DNA of 62,634 bases, the filler included, from Choristocarpus tenellus KU-1152 (lineage: Eukaryota; Protista; Phaeophyceae): NCBI GenBank assembly GCA_964200185.2. It is 13 parts of 13 records of this genome, joined end to end, with 100 filler letters (N's around TTAATTAATTAA, not from the genome) between each part and the next. Parts side by side here need not be neighbours in the genome. Positions count along the whole stretch, not along the records: positions 31,009 to 37,608 come from CAXNAD020007781.1; positions 37,709 to 41,123 come from CAXNAD020020192.1; positions 41,224 to 43,759 come from CAXNAD020026971.1; positions 43,860 to 46,656 come from CAXNAD020024670.1; positions 46,757 to 49,813 come from CAXNAD020022628.1; 8 more parts are not named here. The stretch is one strand, 5' to 3'. Made by a program: the position numbers and the translations under genes. Shown piece after piece: positions 36,401 through 47,637 of this stretch. The first letter of the stretch is position 1. Each line of letters opens with the position of its first letter. The notes beneath the pieces were generated by a model. It was not told where the DNA came from. It made no database searches and worked only from the letters and a program-made list of their open reading frames with translations.

Positions 36401-37608
36401 TCCCTTGGTCTGAATGCAGGTCCCCCTTATAGTCGGTCGTGTCTCAGAACCGCTGAGTAGGATTGCTTCTCAAGGTCCAGCTGGCAGCGCTGGCACAGCT
36501 GGGGATGATGATGGAGGTGGAGGGGGCATCTGTGGAGACGAGGGCACTGGGAGGGATTGGGACAACACTACCTCCTTTTCTTTTGATGCCCTAGCATTAC
36601 GTAATCCAGACTCTGGGTTTGACCCTGGCCACCTGAGGCCTATCCCACCTACCGCAGCGATTCCTGGTAGCACTGTAGTATCGCAGTCGCAACATCCTCC
36701 TGCTACAACCGAGGCAGATCCTTGGCCCGACGACCAACAGCATCCCCGGCAACGCCTTCACCCTCCATATCAGGGATCAACGCCTTATCCTCCCCTGAAC
36801 TCCGCGGGATTGCCCCCCCTCCACCAATCACTGTCTCCTCCATACCCATGCAACATGCCCTGCATGTACCCTCATGCATACTATCATCCCCACTATATGG
36901 CTGCGATGATGGGCCTTCACCACCACCACCACCACCACCACCAGCACCATGGGCATCGCTCTGTAGCCTCCATGCCTCCTCACCCATCTGAGGAATCTGT
37001 GCTGATCAAAGAACGGAGATCGGAACCTGCATCTATGTTCCCTCTTGATAGGAGCTCCGCTACAGCAGCCATGGTTCAAGCAATGGTGGGCGAGGCTGGG
37101 AGGGGAAGTGAAGGGGATGGGCTCACGATGGGATCGCCATCTAGTGGTTCTGTGAGGACCGCAATGCTGGTACCTGTTGGGGAGACTGGCGCCAATGAGG
37201 GCGAGTTGATTGGGGGAGTGGAAGCCTTTCCCCTTCCGCTGGGGGCTAAACATGGCGAGGAGCAGAGTGCAAGACCCTCTTCACTGATAGACGAATCAGC
37301 AGTTGATGCAACTGTTCCAGTCATGACTGGGGTGACAGAAAAGGCGGCCTCTGGAGTCAAGACCCCAGGTGGCACACTGGCTGTGGAGGGAACTTGGAAA
37401 AGGTCAGGGAGAAGTCGAGGGAAGTGGCCTGGGGCAGGGGCAAGGGAAATGAGGCTGGGGCATGGGAGGGGGGAAGGGATGGAAGCATGGAGGGAGACGG
37501 AGGTGTTGTGTCCGCAGTTGGATGTAGAAAGTGGGGGGGGCGGGGGGAGGTCATGGCAAGAGGCGGAGGCGTTGTGCTCGAGGGTGGATGTGGAGCACGG
37601 GGGGGTCA
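33416..37608 (+). CDS. Atypical (pseudo-)response-regulator receiver protein with long His/Pro/Gly-rich tail, 3'-partial
   Basis: Exons 33416-33490 (GC donor), 34031-34213 (GC donor), 34807-35085, 36420-gap, all phase 0. LRVLYVDGCVLNVQ|LVAEIL...YVFDVVTSNFAAVARV...YHAVCLAED...LDG...EFLRQ|TCPGLTLILLL...VDYVLRKPFSNETFQRLL. Confidence 0.8.
35109..35377 (+). mobile_element. MITE family A, intronic
   Basis: AAGACAAAGTATCTTAGAGGGTA ... TACCCTCTAAGATACTTTAACTC, 23 bp downstream of the donor at 35086. Confidence 0.85.
36313..36388. repeat. 19-bp minisatellite x4
   Basis: TACGCCTGCACACAACTCT four times, ending ~30 bp before the acceptor at 36419. Confidence 0.95.
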
Positions 37609-37708
37609 NNNNNNNNNNNNNNNNNNNNNNNNNNNNNNNNNNNNNNNNNNNNTTAATTAATTAANNNNNNNNNNNNNNNNNNNNNNNNNNNNNNNNNNNN
37701 NNNNNNNN

Positions 37709-37786
37709 CAAATAACCCAAAAATCGCGACATGAAAAAATTGACCCCAAATGGACAGCCGCCACCCCCTCCCAGATACTTTGAACC
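37709..37786 (+). mobile_element. MITE family B, right end
   Basis: ..GGACAGCCGCCACCCCCTCCCAGATACTTTGAACC. Confidence 0.8.
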
Positions 37787-38359
37787 TCCAGAGCATGAAA
37801 CTTTTACATACTCCTCCGTTGCAGAAAGCCTTTGCAGATTCCATTAGCCTTCTTGACACCTTTTGTTAACATGTACGAGCAAACCCTACTGAATTTAGTC
37901 TTCAGTCGCCTTTTGCATCTCTCCCTCCAGTTCCTCCTCCTTTCTCGCAATCCTCTCACTCCTCTGTTTTTCACACTCTCCAGTCCCTCCTTCAAGCTCC
38001 CCTTCAGTTGATTTATCCTCCATCAGCATGGTGTTGGAGCCATTCTCATGCAATCTCAAGGAATTTAGCCCCACAAAGTGGGAATCCAGGCTGGCTGAGC
38101 CCATAGAGCATCGTACGTTTGCCTCAGTAGATTCCCTGGCTCCGCAATGAAACAAACACAGATTTTATAAAATCAGAAGATTATTTTGCAGCACGGTAGT
38201 TGCGTGCAGTGTGTATGGGGGGAAGTGTTTGCCAGGCTGAGACAGGAGTGGGAGGGGGTGGCGGAACAGGGACGAATGATTTGAGTTTGGGCAGTATATG
38301 CATGTTCCTTAGTGTGGCACAGTCGTATTGTTTTGACTTTGACAGCAGATGACTAAGGA

Positions 38360-38950
38360 GAGTGAAAGTATCTTAGAGGGTACGAGTTTTGCCCTGTTTT
38401 TCCGTTTAGGGCTTGGCTTCCCACGTTTTTTTTAAACGAAGTTTTACCTACTCCGAAATGTTTTGGAGTTGGTAAAATATGTACATTATGAAAAGGTGTG
38501 TCCGGAACAAGGATATTGACACTTCCTAATAGACGCAATGGCTCAAAGAGCCAAAGTATCTTAGACGGTAGAGCTGCGTCAGTTTGGGGGTTAAAATCCA
38601 ATGTTTCGATATTGATGTAATTTTGGCTATCGTGTTTATTAGGAAGTGTCAATATCCTTGTTGCAGATACACCTTTTCATAGAGTATACATTGACTGAAA
38701 GTATCTTAGAGGGTACGAGTTTTGCCCTGTTTGTCCATTTGGGGGTGGGCTTCCTGTGTTCATTTTTATGATATTTTCCCACTCCAAAATGTATAGGAGT
38801 AGGTAAAATGTGTACGTTATGAAAAGGGGTGTCCGGAACAAGGATACTAACACTCCCTAACAAAAACGACAGCCAAAATTACATCAAAAGCGCAACATTG
38901 TATTTTGAGCCCAAATGGACGCTGCTCTACCCTCTAAGATACTTTGGCTC
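38360..38950. mobile_element. Cluster of three abutting family A MITEs (-, +, -)
   Basis: 38360-~38545 (reverse, truncated), 38548-~38692 (forward, truncated), 38693-38950 (reverse, both TIRs). Confidence 0.88.
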
Positions 38951-39079
38951 TACTACGGACCTTCCACAACTAGAATGGGGGTACTGCATACAAAGGACTA
39001 TTTCATGGAGAGAGAGCTGCGCCTGAGTAACATTAACCCCACCTCGACTCCTGCACCAAGCTCTGGACACGGTATCAAA

Positions 39080-41050
39080 CAACTCACCAAAATAAAATGC
39101 AATGAACCTTTCCTCATCAATATGAATAATGTTACTCTCATGACATCATCTCCCCCATGTTTGACGTTTTCTGTTGATTCTTTAAGACGGCCATGGCTCC
39201 GCAGGAGACGTGAGCTCTCCCTAGTGCACCTCGGAGGAAGGAGTAGAAGATCAGCCAGGTAGAAGTCTCAGTCCTTCTGCACCACCAGGAAAAAAAGGCA
39301 GTAGAGGGGGACTGTTAGAAGTTACATCTAGTAGCAGCCATGGGGCTCCAGTAATACAAGGAGGAAGGGGAAGGAAAGAGCTATGCCTGGTTAAGAAGGA
39401 TGCACTGTGCAGAAGAGGTATCACAGATAGACATACACGTATTATGCACGTATTATGTAGAGGTCTAGGGTCTGTACAAAACTTCGACCCTCAAGGAAAT
39501 GATGACTGACAGCAAGACATGACAGACCAGGGCCCTGCCAAAGAGCATAAGTACAAATTTCTTTATGGGGTAAACACTTACCTTTAAAATGGTCGGCAAA
39601 AAATAGTTTGAATGCAGGAAGGAGGGAAGAGGAAGTGTCAAGCGATAGTTTTCTCAATTTACAGCTTAGCATCTAGCGGTTACCAACTTCGTTTGTATTA
39701 ACAATAACGATAATGTGCTTGAAATATCCATCCCTCGTGGCAGCGAAGTCTAGTCTCTAACGAATATCTTTCAAAAAAATATGAGATTGGAGAGATACAT
39801 CAAGACTTCCTGAGTAGGATCCACTCTCTGTCAAGGTCCATATCAAAGAACTTAAGCAGGCTCAATAGAAGTCTACGAGAAGAATCCATATAATCAAGAT
39901 AAATTGCTGCAGTCAATACGGAGGGGGGCAGCTGGCCGACCAAGCAAGATGGGTAAATGAATCATTCTTGCAAGGCTTATCATCATTGGGGGAAAACTCC
40001 TATTCCCCAAGCGTACGACTGGTGAAGAAGGGATTTCCAAGAGAGACTTTTCTGAATTCTGATACAGAGTGCATTGAAACAACTGATTATTCTAGTCGGG
40101 TTGACCCACTCTTGACGTCTGGGTCCGCCACATCGCCAACTCCCTCAGTCAGCTCCATAATTCTGTGGTTGCCGTCGGGAGGGCAGAAACTTTTATGCCC
40201 GGGTCAACCCAGACCTAGTACTCTGGACCAACGACCAGATTTCCACTCACTATATGCCAACGTTGATAATGCACCACTGTGGCAAGTCGCATGTGCACCA
40301 CCCTTTCTAATATACATGCTGCCCCCTTCCTGTCAACTAACCAAGCCCTCCTGAAGCCTGACCGCCCATCATATCCATGACTTAAGAACTAATAGTAGAC
40401 CCTTCTCCCTACACAATTCACTAATTACTGTGGTTGGCCTTTGGGAATAGCCCTTAATGGAGACCAGACACGAAAACAGATGTTATGTTCACTGGTGAAT
40501 GAGTCACCATCCTGCTGTGCGCATGGCATACCCATAACCCCGTCCTTAGATATTTATGGAAGTCACATCGTTTCACCATTTGAGTGTACTCATGGCAAGG
40601 CAAACTTCGCTCTCTGTCTGAGAGGTAAAATGAAGATATCCAAAGGAGTTAACTTTCCTTTCTGCCAAATAATGTAGCATCAACAGGGCACTGATGCATA
40701 TTTGACATTTGGCTACTCAGAGCCAGCACCGAAGACCAGCTGATGGTGAGGTCAAATGTCGGGAGGTAAGGAAACATCATCGCTCCAATGAAATCTACTC
40801 ATAGATGTGTAATAGAGCACCTGACATACGGTTCCTACCTGTTAATACATGGGTTCAGACGAGGTGAAATAGGACCACAAAAATGTTATCCAGTTGAAAG
40901 TGGGTTCCGTCACAAATCAAAATTGTCGCTGATTTGGATCAATTGCTCGAAATACGGGAAGTAGGTAGCTTGAACAGTGTCCTGCGTACATTGTTACCTC
41001 TCTGTCTGCATGTATGCCTGATTATAACATTGTTCATAAAAACTATCAAC
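39080..41050 (-). pseudogene. DIRS-like tyrosine-recombinase retrotransposon relic
   Basis: Decayed motifs in the expected order on the minus strand: VFMNNVI (YMDD-like, ~41030), SKDG.GY (RNase H DAS..G.G-like, ~40540), ALWQG...LAVSHHFL..RS (YR box I, ~39520), H...GAMA...MGR* (YR box II, ~39170). Confidence 0.45.
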
Positions 41051-41054
41051 AGAT

Positions 41055-41123
41055 GGCTCAAAGTATCTGAGAGGGGGTGGCGTCTGTCCATTTGGGGTCA
41101 ATTTTTTCATGTCGCGATTTTGG
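41055..41123 (-). mobile_element. MITE family B, right end in reverse orientation
   Basis: GGCTCAAAGTATCTGAGAGGGGGTGGCGTCTGTCCATTTGGGG. Confidence 0.8.
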
Positions 41124-41294
41124 NNNNNNNNNNNNNNNNNNNNNNNNNNNNNNNNNNNNNNNNNNNNTTAATTAATTAANNNNNNNNNNNNNNNNNNNNN
41201 NNNNNNNNNNNNNNNNNNNNNNNGTTCTTCCGATCTCCCCCCAGCTCCCCTTGGAATTGCAAAAGAACAAAAGATATTATTGTACCACACACAC

Positions 41295-43647
41295 TTGTAT
41301 TCCATTTTCAATCTTGTGGACATCATAGTACAAGCGTTGGTAGCGATGTCGGATGTCATCTTGATTCTTTCCCGGCAACAGTGACGCCACCTTGAGCCAC
41401 CTCAATGCATCCTGCCAAGCAACACCAACGCAAGTGCAGAGATCGATGCCGGATTATAATAGGGTTAGGGATTGGGGGGGATGGGGATGGAGGGGGGGGG
41501 AAGTTGCATCTTATGTATCTAATCTATTTATGTATGATACAGTCTAGTCTATGTTAAGTTGAATGAATGAGACCCAATTTGAGCATCAATTTAAATATCA
41601 TAGTAGGATCTTTTCCTTGCTAAGGGTGAAGATTGTTACCTTCTCAATGGAAATACCATCACAAATATACTTCCTGGGATTTTTTTTTCTGGTGACAATA
41701 CAATAGTAGTAACTGTGATAATAATGAAAATGCAAACACACACTACCAAACCCTAATATAAACCCTTGCCCTAACAGGAAAGGGGCAATGTGTACTGTAT
41801 CAGGAGAGGAAGTTTTCAACAAAAAGAGATGAAATAAAAAAATAACAACGTAACTAAAACAAGATTATAAAAAATTGTGTCTTTCAAAAATAATAAAAAC
41901 ATACAGCGTAGTATATTAAGACAAAAAAATTAAAATAGTGATTAAAAAAAATATGTCATAAACGCAATAAAAAAATGTTAGGAGCTAAAAATATATAAAA
42001 ACATACGCCACAAAAAAAACCCAGGAAGATTGCAAAGGACACATACAACACATAATCAAAGAATACATACAACATATAATCAAGGAATACATACAACATG
42101 TAACCAAAGAATACATACAACATGTAACCAAAGAATACATACAACATGTAACCAAAGAATACATACAACATATAGTCAAAGAATACATACAACATATAGT
42201 CAAAGCCCAGCACAAACAAAAAAAGTATAACAACCATTGAGTTCAAACCGATTTGGTTCTTGTAGCAAAACAAAAAAGAGAACAATATTCATCACTTGAA
42301 TCATCCACATACGTATCAGGGCCCCCTACACAGTGATTACGACTGCAGTAACAATAGCAGTTGTTTCATAGTTACAGTTACAGTTACAGTTTGGGGAAAA
42401 TGTCAACAGTTGGTCTACACCACAACTCTAACTCTACATTAGGAAGCCTACAACCAACTGTTGGTAATCGTGGAGATATTGACCAATCACGCGACCGCAT
42501 CATGATATCTCACATTCGACAGTTACATATACCAATAGATATACCGCCATATATCTGTATATATTGTTGGACAAACCTTCACAGTCAGAAACCAACAAGA
42601 AAGTGCAAACCGTGTATGGCCCTCCATCATAGAAGCACGCACACTCCAGAGTCAAGAGCGTACACTCTGGTACATTATTCATAGCCAACCAAGAGCAATT
42701 AAATTTACTACCACCGTAGTGCTTACTGATAGTAATGACTGATAGTCACATAATAATGATAGTCACATAATAATGATAGTCACATAATAATAATGATAGT
42801 CACATAATAATAATGATAGTCACATAATAATAATGATAGTCACATAATAATAATAATAATAATAATAATAGTAATGAAAGCAACACGGGAAGGCCATGGA
42901 GTTTGTCCTCACATTCTCCTCAAACTCTGCCATGGCATGCTCAAATACCATATCCTGCTCAAAGGTCCAATCATCGCTCTTTATCTTGCTCCCAAGCACC
43001 CGTCCATCATTCTCATGCTGAAATCAAGTGGGAAACAAAAAGGCCAGAAGTTGAAGTTGAAGCGGACAGCAAGGGGGTGCCTTACGACTAACATGAAATA
43101 AATAGGCGCTCATAATTACATTCCCTTTTTATATTTTCTCAGAAGCTTCCGTCAGAACATTAACTATGTTGCTGCTTATAAATAGCCCATTCAAGAAGTT
43201 AAGCCACTTCAGACCCATACCTCAGATTCTTCCAAAATGTCATACCTACTTTTGAGATCCACTTCTTTCATTTCTTACAGTCACAGTTTTCTTGCAGTTA
43301 CAGTAAAAGGAACTTTCTTGAAATGTATCCTCCCCTCCCCTCCACTCTTCCCCTCCCTACCTGCTCACAACTGTCTCCACTGAGTCAGCCCTTCTCCAAC
43401 AACAACAACCACAACACGCCCAAGTCCTTTCTCATGCCACAGAAATTTCTGTGACAGTTCTTCATCCACCCCCCCCGCCATCTTCCATCACTGCATCACT
43501 GTGCATTTCAGTAACCACAAAAATAATGTCTCTTGTATTAGTATGCCCATGATTTCTCTAACTTGCCTGAGTATGAAGCTGCAGCAGCATCATATACTCA
43601 TGGGCATGGGTATAAATCTCCTCCGAGGTACGACCATTTCCCACCGC
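41295..43647 (-). CDS. MYB/SANT protein (SHAQKY-like MYB followed by RAD/DIV-like SANT), partial at both ends
   Basis: Exons 43647-43567 (GC donor; AVGNGRTSEEIYTHAHEYMMLLQ), 43017-42913 (DWTFEQDMVFEHAMAEFEEN), 41411-41295 (DALRWLKVASLLPGKNQDDIRHRYQRLYYDVHKIENG); all phase 0. Confidence 0.85.
42034..42201. repeat. 24-bp minisatellite x7 (intronic)
   Basis: Unit AAAGAATACATACAACATGTAACC. Confidence 0.95.
42740..42870. repeat. 17/20-bp minisatellite merging into (TAA)n
   Basis: TGATAGTCACATAATAA(TAA) about six times. Confidence 0.9.
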
Positions 43648-43859
43648 CTGCCATTGTTCCCCCCCCCCCCCCCCCCCCCCCAAAGCGCCACAACAAAAAA
43701 GGAAAGGCGTAAATTGGGGTGGGGTGTTGAGAGGGGGGTGATGATGTGAATTGGTTTTTNNNNNNNNNNNNNNNNNNNNNNNNNNNNNNNNNNNNNNNNN
43801 NNNTTAATTAATTAANNNNNNNNNNNNNNNNNNNNNNNNNNNNNNNNNNNNNNNNNNNN

Positions 43860-43946
43860 ACACCCCCCCGGAAAAAGAAAAAACGAAAAAGAGGGGAAAA
43901 ACAGCCGCCCCCCCCCCCCCCCCCCCCCCCCCGGATACTTTGACCC
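43860..43946 (+). mobile_element. MITE family B, right end, low-quality sequence
   Basis: ACAGCCG(C)n GGATACTTTGACCC. Confidence 0.6.
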
Positions 43947-44235
43947 TGCATGTCCTTCCACTGCTTCCTCCTCAAGGACGCTTTTGCTTACTCTCTATTG
44001 GCTGGCAGGGCCTGTGCCTTTGACATGTGGTTCTCGGGATATTGGAGAGTAGCCCCTTGTGATTTCTTCCCCTGTGTGTGTTGCCGTGTGTAAGTGAGCA
44101 TGCTTGTGCCCCTGATATCACGGGAAGATGGCACGGAACAAAATATAAGTATCCCTTGGAGATTCTCCGACTGCCTGATCTGATTGATGCCTTCCATATT
44201 CTTGTTCTCAGTCAATGAAGCTCCGACCACCCCCC

Positions 44236-44271
<36 letters not shown>

Positions 44272-44422
44272 CCCTCTCTTCCTCCCCACCTGGATTTACN
44301 NNNNNNNNNCCACCTCCCCCCCGCAATCTGACATACAATCAGCTGAGTTTATGCCACGCCCCTTCCCTCCCCCCCCCCCCCCCCGCCCGGATACTTCAAC
44401 CCATCTTTCGTTTCAAGCGTCC

Positions 44423-44600
44423 ATAAAGATGTTGCTATCATGATAAAGATGTTGCTATCATGATAAAGATGTTGCTATCATGATAAGGATGTTGCTATCA
44501 TGATAAGGATGTTGCTATCATGATAAAGATGTTGCTATCATGATAAGGATGTTGCTATCATGATAAAGATGTTGCTATCATGATAAAGATGTTGTTATCA
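44423..44600. repeat. 20-bp minisatellite x~9 with palindromic junctions
   Basis: Unit TGATAARGATGTTGCTATCA, no spacers. Confidence 0.97.
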
Positions 44601-46762
44601 TTATTCTGGAACGCTGACCGACAACAGCTGTCGATATTCCCCCCCCCCCAAAGGCTGAGGCAGTATAAGATTTTGCCTGCGTCTGAGCAACGGCCAATTG
44701 TCTGAGTGTTTTGATTTGAGGGCAAGCGGGCCCTCGCAGCCGAAAAATTTCGCGATATCTCCTGTTATTGCTGTTGTGCTTGGGCGGTGTCGTTTGCTGA
44801 CCCTTCTCTTCAAGCAGGTTTTTGTTTGGGTGACCTGTGTCCTTGATGCCTGCCCATGCCCGAACAATAGAGGATGTGTTGTGACTGGCCTTAACGTGCA
44901 CGGAGAGTACAGCTGTCCCAAAGGTCGCTCTAGGAAGGGCAGAATAGATCTAGCCAGCGAGTTATTGTTGGTGGAAGTATTTTCCCCCTCCCTCCGTTGG
45001 TAGGTGGTAGTGGTAGACAAGGCCTTGCACAGAGTTGTTGGACTTTTTTTAATATTTGCTTCTATTTGGGTATTGTCTCCGAATGGGTATATGCCAGGAT
45101 GGTTGCATTTTTTATACCCTGTGGTAAGGATGATAGATACTACGAGACCGTGGCCATTTGGATGTGCCTTGGTGGGGGAGGGTGGTGATGGAGGTTATGA
45201 AGTGTGTTGAGACGTCCTTTTTTGTCTCTCTCTGCATTGGTGAGCAGTAGTGCTTGTCAGATCAGTTCATCGTATGTGAACCCTTCAGTAGGTTGGCCGG
45301 CTGACTCCACCGTCTATCGGCCGGTCTGTGCGGCGACCGGCTCAGGTGGCTCGAGTGATTTTTCCTGTAATATTCTGGGCGAGCTTTTATTGTTGATCGG
45401 GTTTTTTTTTTCCCATTTTTTTTTTTTCCCTTCCTGGTCCTGTATTGTGGGCTGGTAGTTCACAAGTTGGGAACAACTGTGAACGCTGAAGTTTTCTGTA
45501 AGGATCACACACCCCTCAGGTGCTGGTTGCAGAGCATTTACGGTTTTTACTTGAATTCACCTGGCTACTTTTATGAGACCGGTCAATCATTCTTACTGGT
45601 ATTGATACCAGGCTTTCCGCAGTTCAACTCTCTTGGTGAGGCGAATCGCCCGTGTCAGACCCCAGTGTAGTCCCAATCGTTCGAGGGGCTTCAGTCGCAA
45701 GATAACAGAAGAGGGTCTTCTGAACTAGCTCTATGTTTAGAGCAGAGCCCCTTTTTTCAGGGAGGGGTCACTGACTCCTCTGGGAAATTCTCGAATCTTG
45801 TTGTTGTGGATGAACTTGTCTTGGACTGGTGGGGTGATGCAATGTTGTGTTCGACATTGACCACGGATAATTTTTCAACTATTTTGACACCATGTATCAT
45901 CCACCACGGTTTTGTTGTGAAGTAACAACACACTGGTTACATTTTTTAACTGCCCAATCCGGATCTTCGCCTGGTTCGGAAGTTGCTCTTTGCACTGCAT
46001 TGGGTCCTCTCCGTGATACGTACATCGACTCTACCGGCTATTTTGTGTTTCGGAAATAATGCATTGCGTGCGACTGAGGGGAGAGAACCTCTGTGTAGTG
46101 GATCTCAGATTGTATTTTCTGCTTCAGAAAGGTACCCTTGCTTGATTCAGGAACGTTAGTCAACCTGCATTGTAGCTGTTGGGCCTGCCGCTATGCGATC
46201 ATAGTGCACTGATTTTGATTCCAATAATGGAAAGACCTCACTTACCGCTCCAATTGCACCTTCTTTTTTTTTCTAAGCTTTTTGTTGAATGTAAGTGCTT
46301 TGGAACAGAGTCGGGAATAGTGTGAGCTACAATCAAACTAGTGCAAGAAGAAATAGAGACATTAGACGCATTGAGAAACTGCTTTTTCCCCTCCACAGCA
46401 GGGACGTTTATCTTTTCCCTTAGTTTTGATTGGCCGCAGGATAGCAGGCAAGATTTGCTTGCCAACCAAGTTTTACTTAGCCCAAACCGTTTTACCAGCT
46501 TGTTTTGAGTGCAATTCACTACAGCAACTCTGTGTACTTTCTTGTTTGGCGCACTGCCCAACTCATCCCACCCCCCCCCCCCTTCATCCCACATACACAC
46601 TCTACCTTCCCGCTTGCTCCCCCTGTCCCCCAAACCCTTCATAAAATCTCCTGGGGNNNNNNNNNNNNNNNNNNNNNNNNNNNNNNNNNNNNNNNNNNNN
46701 TTAATTAATTAANNNNNNNNNNNNNNNNNNNNNNNNNNNNNNNNNNNNNNNNNNNNGCTTAT

Positions 46763-46875
46763 GATTGATTTCCCAGCTCACCACGATTAAGCAGTCGCTT
46801 CGACGATTGATTTCCCAGCTCACCACGATTAATTGGTTGCTTCGACGATTGATTCCCAGCTAACCCTAACCCTAA
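46763..46875. repeat. 42-bp tandem repeat x2.4 ending in telomere-like CTAACCCTAACCCTAA
   Basis: Units start at 46763, 46805 and 46847. Confidence 0.85.
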
Positions 46876-47139
46876 TTACTACGAAACCGATATTGTACCA
46901 TATAGATTATGTGCCTCTTTTTTCGGGCATACCCATAGGTGAACAAAATCGGGGTAGGTTCTGTATTTGGATTTATAAACTCACCACTACGAAAGGTTTT
47001 GAGGTTGATAGAAAGTACGATACGATAAAATAGAGTTCAGTTCAAACTCAACAACACATGACGAACATAAAACATTCAACCACATAAGATAAAATTGGTT
47101 TGGGGGGAGACGACTCATATCTTACCATTTTATCCTCCA

Positions 47140-47637
47140 ATGATGTATCCCCTAAAGACTATCCTGCTCTTGGCATCATCCATCGTGGTCATGCAGGTGG
47201 AACCTGTGTTGGCCTTCACGCATCCCATGGTGCCCTCCCATGGTTCTAGGACTGTTCACATGTCAGTGCATCAGGATCATGAACACGGCCGTCGAGCATT
47301 CATAACGCAATTCATGCAGTCTGCATGCTTGGGTGGTGCTGTGCTGGGTTCTTCCCTGACAAAGGCCAGCGCTAACACATACCAAGTCAGTGGATGATTC
47401 CCCTATTTGGTAAAGTGAATTTTGAGATCGTTCTTTTTACCACACATCTCGACTCTCAGACAGGTTCGTTCTCGAAAATCACATTATTGTCCAAACACAC
47501 ACACCACCACTTGCCCTCATTTGCAGCAAGAATATCTAAAGGAACCTACGGCAGAGTTCAAGGCGATGGAGGCAAAGCAAGCAGAATTCGCAAAGGCGCA
47601 GCGTCAATACAAGGCTGATTTCGTGAAGGTCCTTAAC
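47140..47637 (+). CDS. Probable thylakoid-lumen protein of unknown function, 3'-partial
   Basis: Exons 47140-47385 and 47527-47637 (phase 0). Signal peptide ..VLA-F, transit peptide, twin-arginine GRRAF + hydrophobic stretch + ASA, mature QEYLKEPTAEFKAMEAKQAEF. Confidence 0.8.

Noticed and set aside
41956-42285. Repeat-rich hydrophobic ORFs (FFGYMLYV)n, and the (YIHT)n ORFs at 58607-58885
   Set aside because: Translations of intronic mini- and microsatellites.
10781-43647. Cluster of regulators (bZIP-PAS, pseudo-receiver, MYB) as a clock or sensing locus
   Set aside because: They lie on different concatenated contigs.
44423-44600. CRISPR-like array (palindromic short repeat)
   Set aside because: Units are head-to-tail with no unique spacers, there are no cas genes, and the context is eukaryotic; the same applies to the 19-, 24-, 33- and 42-bp arrays.
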